This document shows, piece after piece, positions 52,196-64,000 of a stretch of DNA of 64,000 nt. How positions within the stretch are numbered: position 1 is the first letter of the stretch; each line of letters starts with the position of its first letter. A program made the position numbers and the translations under genes. Below the pieces are notes generated by a model. The model made no database searches and was not told where the DNA came from. It was given only the letters and a program-made list of their open reading frames with translations. The stretch is from NCBI GenBank assembly GCA_010405405.1, contig MU004233.1, positions 65,067 to 129,066 on the forward strand, read 5' to 3'. The DNA comes from Microthyrium microscopicum (lineage: Eukaryota).

Positions 52196-52924
52196 TTAAT
52201 TTGGAAACCCCATCGAATTCCTTCGCCTCATTGGCGATGACGCCGATTGCTCCGCAGGGACCGGCTGTTCCGCCTCTTTCTCTCCGAAGATCGCTTGCTG
52301 AGAGAAAGATTTTCGATAGTCCACAAGAGCGAGTATAGCATGTTGCTGAGGTATCGACCATTTACTAGTCATAGACTCGTCAATGAACCACGCATTCAGG
52401 GATCTGAATGCGTCTTGCATCTTCCTCTCAACGTCCTTATCATTAGCGCGATCCGTCGCATCCGCCCAGGCCATCCAGTCGCTTTTGCCTTTTGGTGCGC
52501 CAGGTTCTTTGAGCCATGGAAGGAAGTGTGTGAAGACAACGATATTGCGGAATGACTTTGCGTTGCCGCGCTCAATGTTGAAGTACAAGTCTTTGACTCG
52601 CTCTTCCCATTCTTTGTTGAAGTCTTCCTTTAGTCTTCGCAGATCTCGGATGTACGAGAAAATTTTGTCGGGAGTCTCCTCGCGGTCCCAGTTGGAGTTG
52701 GTTTCGGTGAACTCGTCGATTAGTGCTTGGACTCCCGTGTAGTAGAGCATGAAGACTATCTTGAGACCGCCAGGTTGGATCTGGCCTGGATCGGGCAGTC
52801 CAATGCCATTAGTGCAGTACTTCATTAGGTCAATGTAGCGATGGAATTCGTTGTGGATCTTGACTGAGTCGTAGTCTTCTTTTGGGGGTTTCCGTTCGCC
52901 TTGGGTTCCTGAAGGAGTTGCCAT
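52196..52924 (-). CDS. hypothetical helical protein (~242 aa)
   Basis: Protein-like open frame from ATG 52924 (MATPSGTQGE). No family recognised. Confidence 0.6.
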   Translation of the reverse strand: MATPSGTQGERKPPKEDYDSVKIHNEFHRYIDLMKYCTNGIGLPDPGQIQPGGLKIVFMLYYTGVQALIDEFTETNSNWDREETPDKIFSYIRDLRRLKEDFNKEWEERVKDLYFNIERGNAKSFRNIVVFTHFLPWLKEPGAPKGKSDWMAWADATDRANDKDVERKMQDAFRSLNAWFIDESMTSKWSIPQQHAILALVDYRKSFSQQAIFGEKEAEQPVPAEQSASSPMRRRNSMGFPN

Positions 52925-54969
52925 CTCGGATGAAACAAGTAGTCGTGTGAAGTATTGAAGTAGTATGATAGTAGTCAAGTACAATTGTTTTTGTGTATTT
53001 CCAAACTCAAACCAGTTGAGATGATGTTTTCTGTTGTTGATGTTCTTTCCATTTCTCCAGCCATGGAAATAGCCGTTATATGGGCAGGAATTATGACCAG
53101 TGTTTGCAGCATCGTGACTTCCATGTAAACGACTCACGGATCTTTTGTTGGATAAGATCGTTGGCGCTGACCGATTGATACCAAGTGTTTGAATTTCGTT
53201 GGCAGTCAAACTGAGTCGACTGCAATACCTTTCCACCAGCATATCGTGGCTGTTGGTATATCCAAACGCCCATGAACTATGAGGCTGAGAAATTGACACA
53301 GCCATTCACTTGACGTGTAGTACAGTGGCGTACATCAGAAGACACACCCGAACAACCAGAAGTCGGTCGGAATAGTCACGATAGAATATAGTCTGTTGGC
53401 ATGAAGTTACAGTCCCAAATACTTATCAATGATGCCACCGAGTTCTCCCACGCCATTGGACTAGTGTGGTTGGCGCCAATGGGCCCACCATCTATAAGCG
53501 GGGTCTGGTATTCTTCTAGAACATATTGATCCTACTAAAATATGTTCTAGCGGGTGAATTGATCACGAGAGCTTGGACTTTGACGAGCGTCTGGTGTGAA
53601 ATTTGGCCAACGTTACTTCAAAGGCACGTTTGATAGCAACCCGAGAATATGGTAAGTTATGTACCCATGTCAGTAAACTGTGAAACAAAAAATAATGCCT
53701 GCTAAAAACTGCGGAAGAAGAAAAATATGCGGATTGGCTCGCGATCGGGAGACCAGGATGGCGGTGTTCTGTTTACTTTTTATAACCAGATAATCGGTTG
53801 GAAAAGTCAATCTCTGTTTACTTTTGGCCAGTAAGCCTGTAAATCATGCCTACATTTTCTGTTCTCGCTTTCGTCATTCATATCACGACAACAACCTCAT
53901 ATTCAATGATAAAAATGAGCTGATTATGGGGTTGCACGACTGGTTCAAGGACAAGTCAAGTGGCAAGTAAGATATCCACAGAATTGAAGGTTCCTGAAGG
54001 CAGTCGCGCAGTGTTCCTGGATGGCAAAAATGGTGGAGCAAGGCACAGGGAAAATGCTCGATCTTGAATCTTGACGGGCGTACAGCGTGCATTGCACTGC
54101 GCAGCAAGCGTGCAGCGTGGAGGGTTGTTAGTGGTGGAGGGCTACTGTCTCGTCTGGATTGGGTTTGTTGATGCATGAGAGTCGAGAAGGTGACTTGCAA
54201 AGTCGAGATGTGTTGTTTACTCTAAATATTATTGTATGAATTATGTTGTAGACGAAGAAGGACTAGCTTTTTTTATAGGGGGCAGCAGGCAGGTAATAGG
54301 TAATGGGCGTGCGTATGATATTGTAGATAGACGACGATGAGTGTTGTATGGAAGCATTCCAATCAAAGCAATAACAACGCGCTTGTGGTTGACCGCGCCT
54401 GCCCTGTTTGGCTGTTTGTGAATCGCGGTTGCCTCTGTCATCGCCCTGTAGGCTTTGGCTCAGGAACGGAAGGAACGACCAGTCGACCACTCCTTGGGTC
54501 CTTCCTCATCCAAAGACTGACACTTCTTCTCGTCAATTCCTTTGCAACACCAAAAGTTATCCATCATCCTCCATCATACATTCCAATTTCCGACAATTAT
54601 CGCGCGTGTTTCACCCATTTAAACATCCACGAAGGCCCCTTTAAGCTAGTTGAGTAGTTTCATGCAAACTGGCCACTGCAAAACGCCTCCAAGCCTCCCC
54701 CAAGACCAGCAACGCCACGCTCGGAATTATTCAACTTCAGTCTTCAACTGCGCATTTCTTACCGCAACTGCTTGCATCTGTCGCTCAATATAGCATTGCA
54801 TTGATACTCAGCCAACAGTTATTATCGTGCATATCATGACAACAAATATAGCAGCATCCAAGAACCACTTTTTCTAGAAGATTGAGCCTTCAAAAGGCAG
54901 TCTGGTCACCCGTTGACTACTGCAGCATACGCTCCACCATCTGAGCGCGTTCCGAGACCCCTGTCAGAA

Positions 54970-57900
54970 ATGTCCCAATCAACTCACACCCCTGCTCCCC
55001 TGCCCTCAACTACACCTTCCACTGCTCACACCCGACCAAGACCATACTCTCTCTTCTCACCAGGCACTTTCGACTATTCTCCAACTCCTCAAGCAGTCAC
55101 TCCATCCCCTTCGCCTGCTGTCCTTCAGGATCGCGATCCCAACATCTCTGGAGTCTCCTCTGCCCTCAAGCTTCTTCGCAAACCAGCCCCAGGTCTGCTG
55201 AAGCGTCTGAAGGCATTGGATACACGAACAAAACGTCGCAAATCCCTCCCCGAACCTGACGTTGGTCGCATCCCCGAAGAACAGATTCGCGAACTCGACA
55301 GCCTCCAAAAGTTACGGAACGAAATCACAATCCAGCGGCGCGGCCGGCCGTGGACTCCGCCAAGGTCGTCGCTGCCTGATTCTGAAAACCCTATGGCTCT
55401 ATCAGGACCTCAACAGCTTGGGTTGGGGGACTCCTTCCAGAGTTCGGTTATGGCTGCATTGGCTGATCATGATGATCATGAAGCCAGTGACTTGTCTTCA
55501 GTCATCAGTACTAGTGATCATCCTGTCCTCTCCGAATCGGACGCAAGCGAAGAGATTCTGGATACTCAGAAATATCATCTTCCAGACATGGGTATGGCTC
55601 TCTCGCGTCATCTGATGGCCATTGATGGATGGACAGAATGTATGGCACAACCCCTCGAGGAACTTGACTATCATAGACCTTCATAAGAGGAGTGTGCTTT
55701 TTCTCCATGGCATGCGATGAGTCTTTGATTTGTCAACGCATTCTATGGTGAAACAGGCACCCCATCAAGCCAAGTAAACTGGAAACAGAAGAGTCACAGG
55801 GTCCCGCTATATATTTTGTCCATTCGTCTTGCGCCAGCAAAGTGCACAATACTGATCGCAAAATGCTAACTACAATAGGCAAATCTCGTGGCTCTTCACG
55901 CGCTGGATTCATTCTAGAGGATGGAAGAGCTGTTGAGCGCGATAGACCGCCGTCTCCACCCCCTAAAGATCCTCAATACATACCGAACCGCCCAATCTCC
56001 ATGTCTACGGAATCCCTCAATGGAGATCGCGAGGATCCATATTTCAATCCATACGGACTGCAAAGAACGGGTTCCATATACACACTTTCAAGAGCCTCGC
56101 TTTCGAATCAGCTTCAACAGCTCACCTCTATCAAACTTCCAGATTCCTCTTCGCTGGAATCGAGTATTGCATCAATTCCAACTTCTGTCGCTGCTGCCAA
56201 GGTCCTTAACGATGCCGCCCATCAGATACGGATTTGGATCAAAAAGGCAAATGAGGTCTTGGAAACGTTGGACGCCGAGGACGATGTTGAGTGGGCCGCT
56301 GCAGCTGGTCGAGAAGGACTCGGCGAAGTGGACACTGCTATAAATGTCTTTGAGCGACTCATAATTGTCTTTGTTAATGCTATCGAAAACCTCGAATCGA
56401 GACCGGATATTCAAAGCATACCAACTTCTGATCAGACGGCAATTGTTGATCGTATGGAAAAGATACTGGAAGATTGGGAAAAGATAAAATCGTCACTGAA
56501 CAAGACGAAGGAACAGGTTGAAATCGCCATGGAATTTGAAGAGCTCTGGAATACTGTTCTGGGCGAAATTGGAATGGAACAAGACAAACTCAGCCGTTTA
56601 ATCTTTGAGATGGAAGAGAGACGCCACAAAAACAGTCTACTCGATGCAATGGCAGAACCTGGTCAAGGCTTGGATATCAAGGAACTCGAAACTATTGTTG
56701 AGGAGGCACCTGGTCGGGCTATGGATGCTCGTGCAGGAGCCAGCAAGATCAGTCTCGTCGTAGGCTTTGAAGATGCTGAATCTGCAGTACCACAGGAAGC
56801 TCCAAGTCAAGAAGTCTCCAACCTTTTGGCGTTAACAGCTCGTATGCAGCCTCTACGCGCATCGCTTGATTTCTTGCCAATGCGCCTGGCTGGTTTCCTA
56901 CATCGCGGAAAGGATCTCTTCCCCTCGGCGTGTGAGGAGCTTGACAGTCGTATGCAGACATTAGAAGCCAGATTCAAGAAACTACAGGGCGATGCTGAAG
57001 CTTTGCGAAAAGAACTTGGCGAGGATCGATGGGTTTTGATTTTCCGAAAAGCCGGTCGACAAGCACTTAAGATGTGCGAATCTGTCGAAAGAAGTGTCGC
57101 CAAATTGCGCGAGTCCTTAGACGAAGGAATACATCACACCAACCCCCCAGCTTTGACCAAGAAAATCGAAAACTACGAGGCCAAGCGAGAACACTACGGC
57201 CCTGCTATCCAGCAAGTTTTGGCTATCATAGATCGTGGTGTTTCATCGCGTTTGACTGTCAATGGCGAGATTTTGAGACTACAAGCAGACATGCAGCGTC
57301 GGTGGGCGGATATCGAAGGTCTTATGAAGAGCATGGATTTTGCACTTGATCAGTTGAACATTTCGCGGCATCGGCAACTACGAGATTCGGTATCAACGGT
57401 TCTTTCCGAGCAACGCTCAATCGCAAGCAGCACTGGTACACTGGTTGATACCCCTGGTAGTTCACCTGCATCTTCGATCGTTCTTCTCAACCATCGGAGG
57501 GCCAGCGATAACGGTTCAACGACCCCTTTCAGTTCCAAGTCAAGACAAAGTAGTTTCACGAGCAACACAACCGCACGAGGAAAGCGAATGTCAAGTCTCC
57601 CAACCCCAAACAATGCTGGTGGTGCAAGAAAGATCCCATTGGGAAAAGCCAGTGCATCGAACCTTCGCTCAGGTGTCATTGGCGCTTCGTCGCGATTGTA
57701 TCCGCCTCCAACTCCAAGAAGTGTATCAAGACAAGAAGTTATCGAGGAGCGACCGTCAAATAAGCCCAGATGGAACTCGTCCACAAACACGCATGACACT
57801 GCAATAGGACATAACTTTAAACCTCTCTCTGCCACAACTCCATCACCTTATCGCAAAGGTATGCCAGCTCTTCGATCGCCTCGCAGCTTCTCACACTCGA

Positions 57901-58583
57901 CAACCACAAACTCTACCATCCCATCGCCTCTTGGTCCAGGCTCTCGACCAGCAAGCGCTGTACCTCCAACCACCCCTCTTGTCCAGCCAAAGCGGAGTCA
58001 TATCGGGTTGAGACCGCCAGCCTCTTCTTCCCATACCACCACCGGAATCCCTCAATCGAATCGAACAAAATCATCATCCCATATACCCACTACCCCTCGC
58101 TCCGCTCTACCCCGAGGCACATCCTTCGTCACTCCCGGCGCAACTCCACATACCCCTGGTCGACCAGAATCGCGGCACTTCTCCCATTCCTCCATTGCGT
58201 CCTCAACTTCCACCCACACCTTGACAGAGCGCAACCTCCAACGCAACGCGTCCATGCCTACGCCTCAAGATACACCCTCCTCATCCACTGCCGACGCCCA
58301 GCCCGACGACAGCCCATCTTCACGCGGTACAGCTCGACCAAGCAGGCCCGGCACCGCCATGGCTCTCGGTGGTAACAGACGCCAAAGTCTCCTCCCGCAG
58401 CCAAAGCGCGCTGTCAGCCACGTCGCCACCGCCGCAGCAGCCTCCGCCATGACCACAGCCGCAAATGGTCGAACAAGTCGCAGTGGTTCTACTACCACGA
58501 ATGGACGTAATAGCCGCATGGGCAGAATGTCGAGTCTCGGCACTAATGCCAGCGACGAGAATAGACCAAAGTGGAGAGGCTAG
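54970..58583 (+). CDS. KAR9: karyogamy/cortical microtubule-capture protein with KAR9 domain
   Basis: GSIYTLSRAS, EDDVEWAAA.GREGL, LFEMEERRH, ARMQPLRASLDFLPMRL, LRKELGEDRW, RLTVNGEILRL and a basic S/T/P tail ending KPRWN..RPKWR. Intron ~55640-55878. The start position is uncertain. Confidence 0.85.
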
Positions 58584-59434
58584 GCGATCTTTGGATTTTT
58601 CAATCAGTCTTCTTTTGCATACCCATATACACTCGCTCCCGTTGATATCATTTGGCTTCCGTTTACTTTTTTTCCTGTAGCATTGGTGTTGGTGGTGTTT
58701 AATCTGTAGTTTGTATAGCGAAATAATATCCATCCACAGCTTTCTGCTTGTTTTATGTATTTTGTCTTTTCTCATGGATGTGCGACTTCACCTATTTTGA
58801 TAAATATATACGCAAGAGTAGGAATAGCAGTCACGGAAATTTGGTTTATCGATTGCGCCAGGTCCAGTTGCCAATTATCTACGGTGGTCCCGGATCCAGC
58901 AGCGGAAGTAGTAGAAAAGGCGTAGAGGTGGAGGAAGCGTTCGGTTACCGGTGCTCGGTCGATAGTGGAGATATTCTATGATACAGTTGTAATTGTAGAA
59001 AGCAAAGCAAAGCAAGTTGCACATCGAATATAACATTTCAAGATTCAAATCCGGGTCATATCAATCAGGTCATGTGTGAAATGACTGGTCTAGTCCATTT
59101 CTCATACTTGGGCGACAATAGCTGACACAATGTACCTTAGATTGCACGATAACTCGTTGTATGAGAGTTAGGATGATTTCGTCGAAGAGCCGCATTGGAC
59201 TGGGCGCTTAATTTGTTGCTCCTTTTACTTACTGACATGGTGAAGGCTTGAGTTATGTGACAAGTTGGGATAATCTGGTATTTCTATCTACCTGATCATA
59301 TTTCCCAGCCTCTCAAACCCTTGAGAATTCAACCGTTCATACACCGCTCTTTTCAAGCATGCTCATCACACACTATCAAAGTTTTCCCATGCAATCCTAC
59401 CAGCGCTCACATCTTCTCGACAAACAGGGCAAAC

Positions 59435-60293
59435 CTAAGCTTCCGACTTGAAGGCATCAGGGAAGCGGCGGATGTTTTGAGCCAAGTTTCCGTGGTTGGA
59501 AAGGAATTGCACATAAGCACCATCAACCTTGACGCGTCCTTCCTGGCGGAGCTTGACGTAGTCGTCACGGCGGAGGGGAGTGAAGCCCCAGTTCTTGCTG
59601 ACGATGATCTTCTGGCGACCGGGGAACTTGTACTGGCTACGGCGGATGGCTTCAATGGCAGTGGCGCGGTCTTTTCATCATAATTGTTAGCCAATTCTTT
59701 CTCTCGCAGCTTTTTAGGGTCAGAACTTACGATTGTCACGGGTCCGCACACTCAAGAGAATCTGACCAATGTTGACACGAGCGACCTTGCCGTTAGGCTT
59801 GCCAAAGGCACCACGCATACCCGTTTGCAGGCGATCGGCGCCGGCACACGACAACATCTTGTTGATGCGGACGACGTGGTAAGGGTGAGCGCGAATGCGC
59901 ATGTGGAAACCTTCCTTTCCGGCAATCTTCACGAGGTATTTGTTGGCGCAAATGCGAGCGGCTTCGAGGGCTTCGGAGGAGAGTTGTTCATACTCGTCTA
60001 TTTTCCTTTGTCAGCAACTTTGTTCTAGCGGTATCAGGTATTGTGGGAAGAAGGGACGTACTGGAGACGAGATGAACACAGGTTGGGAACTCATCGACAC
60101 CTGCGCGCTTGCGACCGAGATCGTAAATGCGGATTTTGGCACTGGGAATTGTTAGTTTGGGGTTGCGTAATTTTTGGACTCATGAGGTGAGGTTGGGGAG
60201 TAAGACGTACTCAGGCACACCACGGTTGAAGCGGGACTTTGGATAAGGCTTGTTCTTGCAGTAACGGTAGCATCTTGCTGGACGACGAGCCAT
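59435..60293 (-). CDS. RPL10: 60S ribosomal protein L10 (uL16)
   Basis: [52 protein letters not shown]. Three introns. Confidence 0.97.
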
Positions 60294-60838
60294 TTTTGGA
60301 GTTGTTTTCCTGAATGGTTCTGAGTGGTGGTTGTAGGAGAGGAAGAGGGAGAGAGAGCGGTGGTGATGTCTGGAGTTGGCTTGGTGGTGGTGGAGGGCTC
60401 GGGTGTGGCAAGGATTATTTTCGGCCCACAATCGCTTGCTTTGTGCAGTGCTTAGAAATCAATAAGACCCCAGTCCGTTTTATTGGCGATTATCAAGCAC
60501 CTGCCTGTTTTTAATTGCCCTAAAATTGCTTTCATTCTTATTTTGCCCGAAAGCTCAATTATTTCAATCGCGCTACTGAGCTTACTCAGCCACGTATCTT
60601 TTGAACATTGGCAACAAGCAGTTAAGATCAATTCTTATGCAGACGAACCGCAGTATCTTCACTTTTCACACATACATAATTTGGTCACATGGCAACTGCA
60701 AACCGGAGACGTCGAGCACATTGAAAGTTTTCATTGCTATCATTGTCTACAAGAGCAGAAGTCGGTGAAAGAGTTCATCCGACGGCCTAATGATCCTTCC
60801 ATCACCAATTTTGTGACGCTTGGAAAGAACACAGACAT

Positions 60839-61508
60839 CTATGCAGCGCTAGTGGACAGAATATCTGAGTCACCAGCGTCCAGAATGGAGAGGGTGGAGC
60901 AGCGGAAGAGTTTACCGCACGCAGTACCGAGCTCAATCTGCAGGGGAAACACATGTTAGCCAACTATTCATGTCCTCCAAAGCCTCGAAAAGATGGCTTT
61001 TTCTCAGGACACGCCCTCAAGGCATGAAATGCCTGGTCTTTGGGATGGAATATGTAAGAACTTACGTTGTTTCCGGAGAAATGATGGACGGGTGTCTTGG
61101 CCAACATGCTGTAGTACTCAAGCTCAGACTTCTTCAATGGTGGGGTGTTTCCAGCCTGGTTTTGGTAAGTATTTGGAGGAGTGTGATTGATGGTGGTGCC
61201 TTACAATGATGACAAGCTTGGCCTTTCCAGAGCGGAGGTGCTTGAGTGTGCCTGTTCAATCAAGTCAATCAACGTCCAACGAGCACCAATAGGTTTCCAT
61301 ACTCTTGTATCCCAAGGTCACCTTGCCAGATTTCATAACAAGTGCCAGGCGGGAGTTCTACAAATTTTGTAAGTCGAGGTCGTCTAAGGGAATATTTGAG
61401 GGGCTTGGAAACTGACGATGGAGTCGGCGGTCTTCTTGGATTTCTATATAGAGGTTAGCGCAATGATTTTGGAGCTCGGGAGAAGATCAGACTGACTTTT
61501 GGTGCCAT
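60839..61508 (-). CDS. RPL30: 60S ribosomal protein L30 (eL30), six short exons
   Basis: Spliced translation [109 protein letters not shown]. Absent from the ORF track. Confidence 0.96.
60970..61012 (-). promoter_or_regulatory. predicted kink-turn RNA element in the last RPL30 intron
   Basis: Transcript reads GUGUCC-UGA-GAA-AAAGCC..loop..GGCUUU-GGA-GGACAU: 6-bp C stem, 3-nt bulge, tandem G.A/A.G pairs and a 6-bp NC stem. Confidence 0.7.
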
Positions 61509-62172
61509 CGTTGCGCTTCAGCTGTAGTATTTTGCTGACGTGAATTGTTGCGCTCCGGTCGGATGTTGTTGGTTGAAAGTTGATGGAGAGTTCTTCACAA
61601 AATTTAGTGTGTGTAGTGGGCGCGAAGTCTTGGCATCGCGGCTCCACATTTCTAAGCGCGCGGCTCTGCCCAACGACAACTCAACTCCAATGTTTTATCC
61701 GAGTCCATTTTGACCATCTGCAAAGGTAAATTTCGCATGTACGAAGATCTGGAGATCGGGTAACTTTGTGGAACGAATACAACAGCAAGTTGTCAAAGAT
61801 TTGGCCCTTTTGCGGAGCGCCAAACCATCGACAAAACGACCAGCGTGCTCAGCTGCTCCCATGCTATATCTTTGATCCAGTGCTTTATTTCCCAAAGACA
61901 GTCATAAATTCTTGACCGTTCAGCGAGTACGCTGGCAATCAAAGTAAACTGTGATGAGAGACACCACAGTCGATGGGAGCGCATCGCTTATTGTGTCAAC
62001 CCATTGATACGCCAACTTGTCTTGTCCCCTATTCGCCAACTTGATCCTTCAATCCCACGAGTGCATCCTCATCCCTCAACCTTGTCGCAACTGCCTTGAT
62101 ATTAACCCCTAGCATCTGCCGATGCCTTCAAAGAAATGCCTCCAGGTTGAATGACCCGGCTCTTATATCACC

Positions 62173-64000
62173 ATGTGGTTCCTTATCCGTGTAGCTCTGG
62201 CGGTAGTGACGAGCTTTGTCTCACTATCTTATGGTTCTCAAAGCGTCCTGTCTGCAGGAGATCATCATATTCCTCAAGCAGTAAGCACATAATCTCCAAC
62301 AGGAACCCTGCGCAGGTATATTAACAAGCCAGTGTAACGCCATTGAACTGGCCATCAATGGCGATGTCTACCACCGCCGTACATCCGAGTACAATGACCA
62401 GCAAAAGGATTACTGGCTACTGCAACAAGCAAAGGACTATTCGCCTCATTGCCGCGTCACTCCTCGGGATGCCAAGGATGTCAGCATTGCTCTGAAGCTT
62501 TTTGGCAAACATCAGACTCCATTTGCTGTCAAGAGCGGTGGCCATAGCTTTCTCTCCGGGGCTTCCAATATCAACAATGGCATTACGCTCGACCTATCGC
62601 GCCTAAATTCAATCAAGCTATCAGAAGACAAGCAAAGCGTTCGGCTGGGTCCCGGCGCTACCTGGAAGGAAGTCTACCAGGTCCTTGAACCACTTGGTCT
62701 CACAGCACTTGGTAAGATTTCCCCATTTGGCATCTGAAATGTCTTGACAACATTCGATAAACGGGAAAAACGTCGTTTCATCATCGGAATCAATGGTAGC
62801 GTTTCTAATCGAGTGCTATGGTTCCCACTGAGTACGATGAGCCCTCCATGGTTTCACCCCGAAAAGATATGATGGTTGTCTCGGGCGTGTTTGCTCTCAC
62901 TGTAATAAAATACTGACAATGCCAGGTGCGCGAGCCGGTAGCGTGGGCGTAGGAGGATTCATTCTCGGTGGAGGATCAACATGGCTCTCGAATCGCCATG
63001 GATGGGCAGTAGACTCAGTACTGGAGTTTGAAGTCGTTGTCTACGGCAAGATCAAAACTGCATCAAGCACAGAGAACCCCGACCTATTCTGGGCTCTCAA
63101 AGGAGGCGGCAGCAACTTTGGCATCGTTACTGCCATCGCAATGGCCACTCATCCCCTTGGCGATCTTTATGTCTATGGTCAAAGCTGTCCCCAAGAATCA
63201 GTACCGCAAGGCCTTAAGGCGCTACAAAGCTTCACTGACGCCGGCTCAAACGATACTGGCTCTAGTGCAATAATGGGCGTCATGTTCACTCCGGGCCAGG
63301 AAGAACTCGCCGCAGCCATAACAGTTGTGAATATAGACAACGACCTGAATGCTGAAGGCTTGAAGTATTTTACGGACATACCGCAGTTTCATGCTGACAA
63401 CTTTACGATCAAGTTGACTGAACTCAGTGATCAAATGAGCCAGTATGCTGATCGAGAATATCGGAAGATCAAATTCTCGATTACTGTACATAACAACGCT
63501 ACTCTTCTTGGTCATTTATTTGAGGAATTGGAGAATTTGGTCCGCGATCATGATCTTGATGATATGCTTGGTAAGTTCATTTCGTCTCAAGTGGATTCTG
63601 AGAGCATGCCAACATAAAGTTCGTGATTTACGTATGACACCTCGGCCAGTCTATTACAGCTCTGGCTCCCATTTTGCCATTCTCATGCGTAAATCAATGA
63701 CAAATTTCCGCTAACATCGTACAGCCTTGGGCACTAGCTTCCAACCACTCACCAGATCGCATATCAGCAACCGCAACAATGCTCTCGGACTCTCTCACGT
63801 CACCTCTGGTCTAATGCTAGTCTCCTTTGAAATCTACTGGTCGGACGCCGCCAACTCCACCTACTTCGAAAAGCTCTCCAGAAATTTACATGACAAGCTC
63901 TGCGCTCGGGCAAGCGAGAAGCAAATGCTGCACAGATTTACATATCTGAACTATGCGGCAAGCTGGCAGGAACCGTTCAGTGGCTATGGAACAGAGAGTT
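62173..64000 (+). CDS. secreted FAD-binding oxidoreductase (BBE/6-HDNO-like), 3' end beyond the window
   Basis: Signal peptide, FAVKSGGH, GARAGSVGVGGFILGGG, DLFWALKGGGSNFGIVT, FTYLNYA. Confidence 0.9.
62712..62925 (+). mobile_element. introner-like intron (214 nt) in the FAD oxidoreductase gene
   Basis: GTAAGATT...CTGAC...CAG, restoring LTALG|ARAG. 62799-62821 matches the reverse complement of 32701-32723 at 22/23. Confidence 0.8.

Noticed and set aside
52925..53305. N-terminal 127 codons of the 369-aa ORF
   Set aside because: Reads like open UTR or promoter sequence. ATG 52924 has a better context, though the longer form is not excluded.
60938..61065. Intronic box C/D snoRNA
   Set aside because: No RUGAUGA C box was found. 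The structure is better explained as a cis-acting k-turn hairpin.
60483..61372. Plus-strand ORFs of 60-158 aa
   Set aside because: They largely overlap the minus-strand RPL30 gene and its 3' region, and show no recognisable protein features.
61968..61988. GTCGATGGGAGCGCATCGC, similar to the introner core, in intergenic DNA
   Set aside because: Too short to distinguish from chance, and no flanking family similarity was seen.

Overview
Eukaryotic DNA from a filamentous ascomycete (Pezizomycotina, probably a Dothideomycete), judged from GT-AG introns with CTRAC branch points and a strong RIP signature. Bases 1 to about 9950 are an AT-rich block of RIP-degraded transposons. It contains a readable 3043-bp Mutator-like element with ~150-bp TIRs, a 9-bp TSD and relic DDE motifs. 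RIP has leaked into the first neighbouring gene, an alpha/beta-hydrolase pseudogene. From 11 to 35 kb lies an accessory-like stretch: DUF6640 protein, PHM-like copper protein, PAN/Apple-like secreted protein, HicA-like-domain protein, sugar porter, BBE oxidase, ATP-grasp protein, AA9 LPMO, dienelactone hydrolase and a propeller pseudogene. From 35 to 64 kb are mostly core genes: a large coiled-coil protein, copper amine oxidase, MSH2, KAR9, RPL10, RPL30 (missed by the ORF track) and a FAD oxidoreductase. Main discoveries: (1) a family of long, hairpin-forming, mutually homologous introns in at least five unrelated genes (introner-like elements); (2) two such introns abutting with a zero-nucleotide exon (CAG|GTAAG); (3) an L30e-type kink-turn in the last intron of RPL30. 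All alignments and splice models were made by eye, with no searches run.
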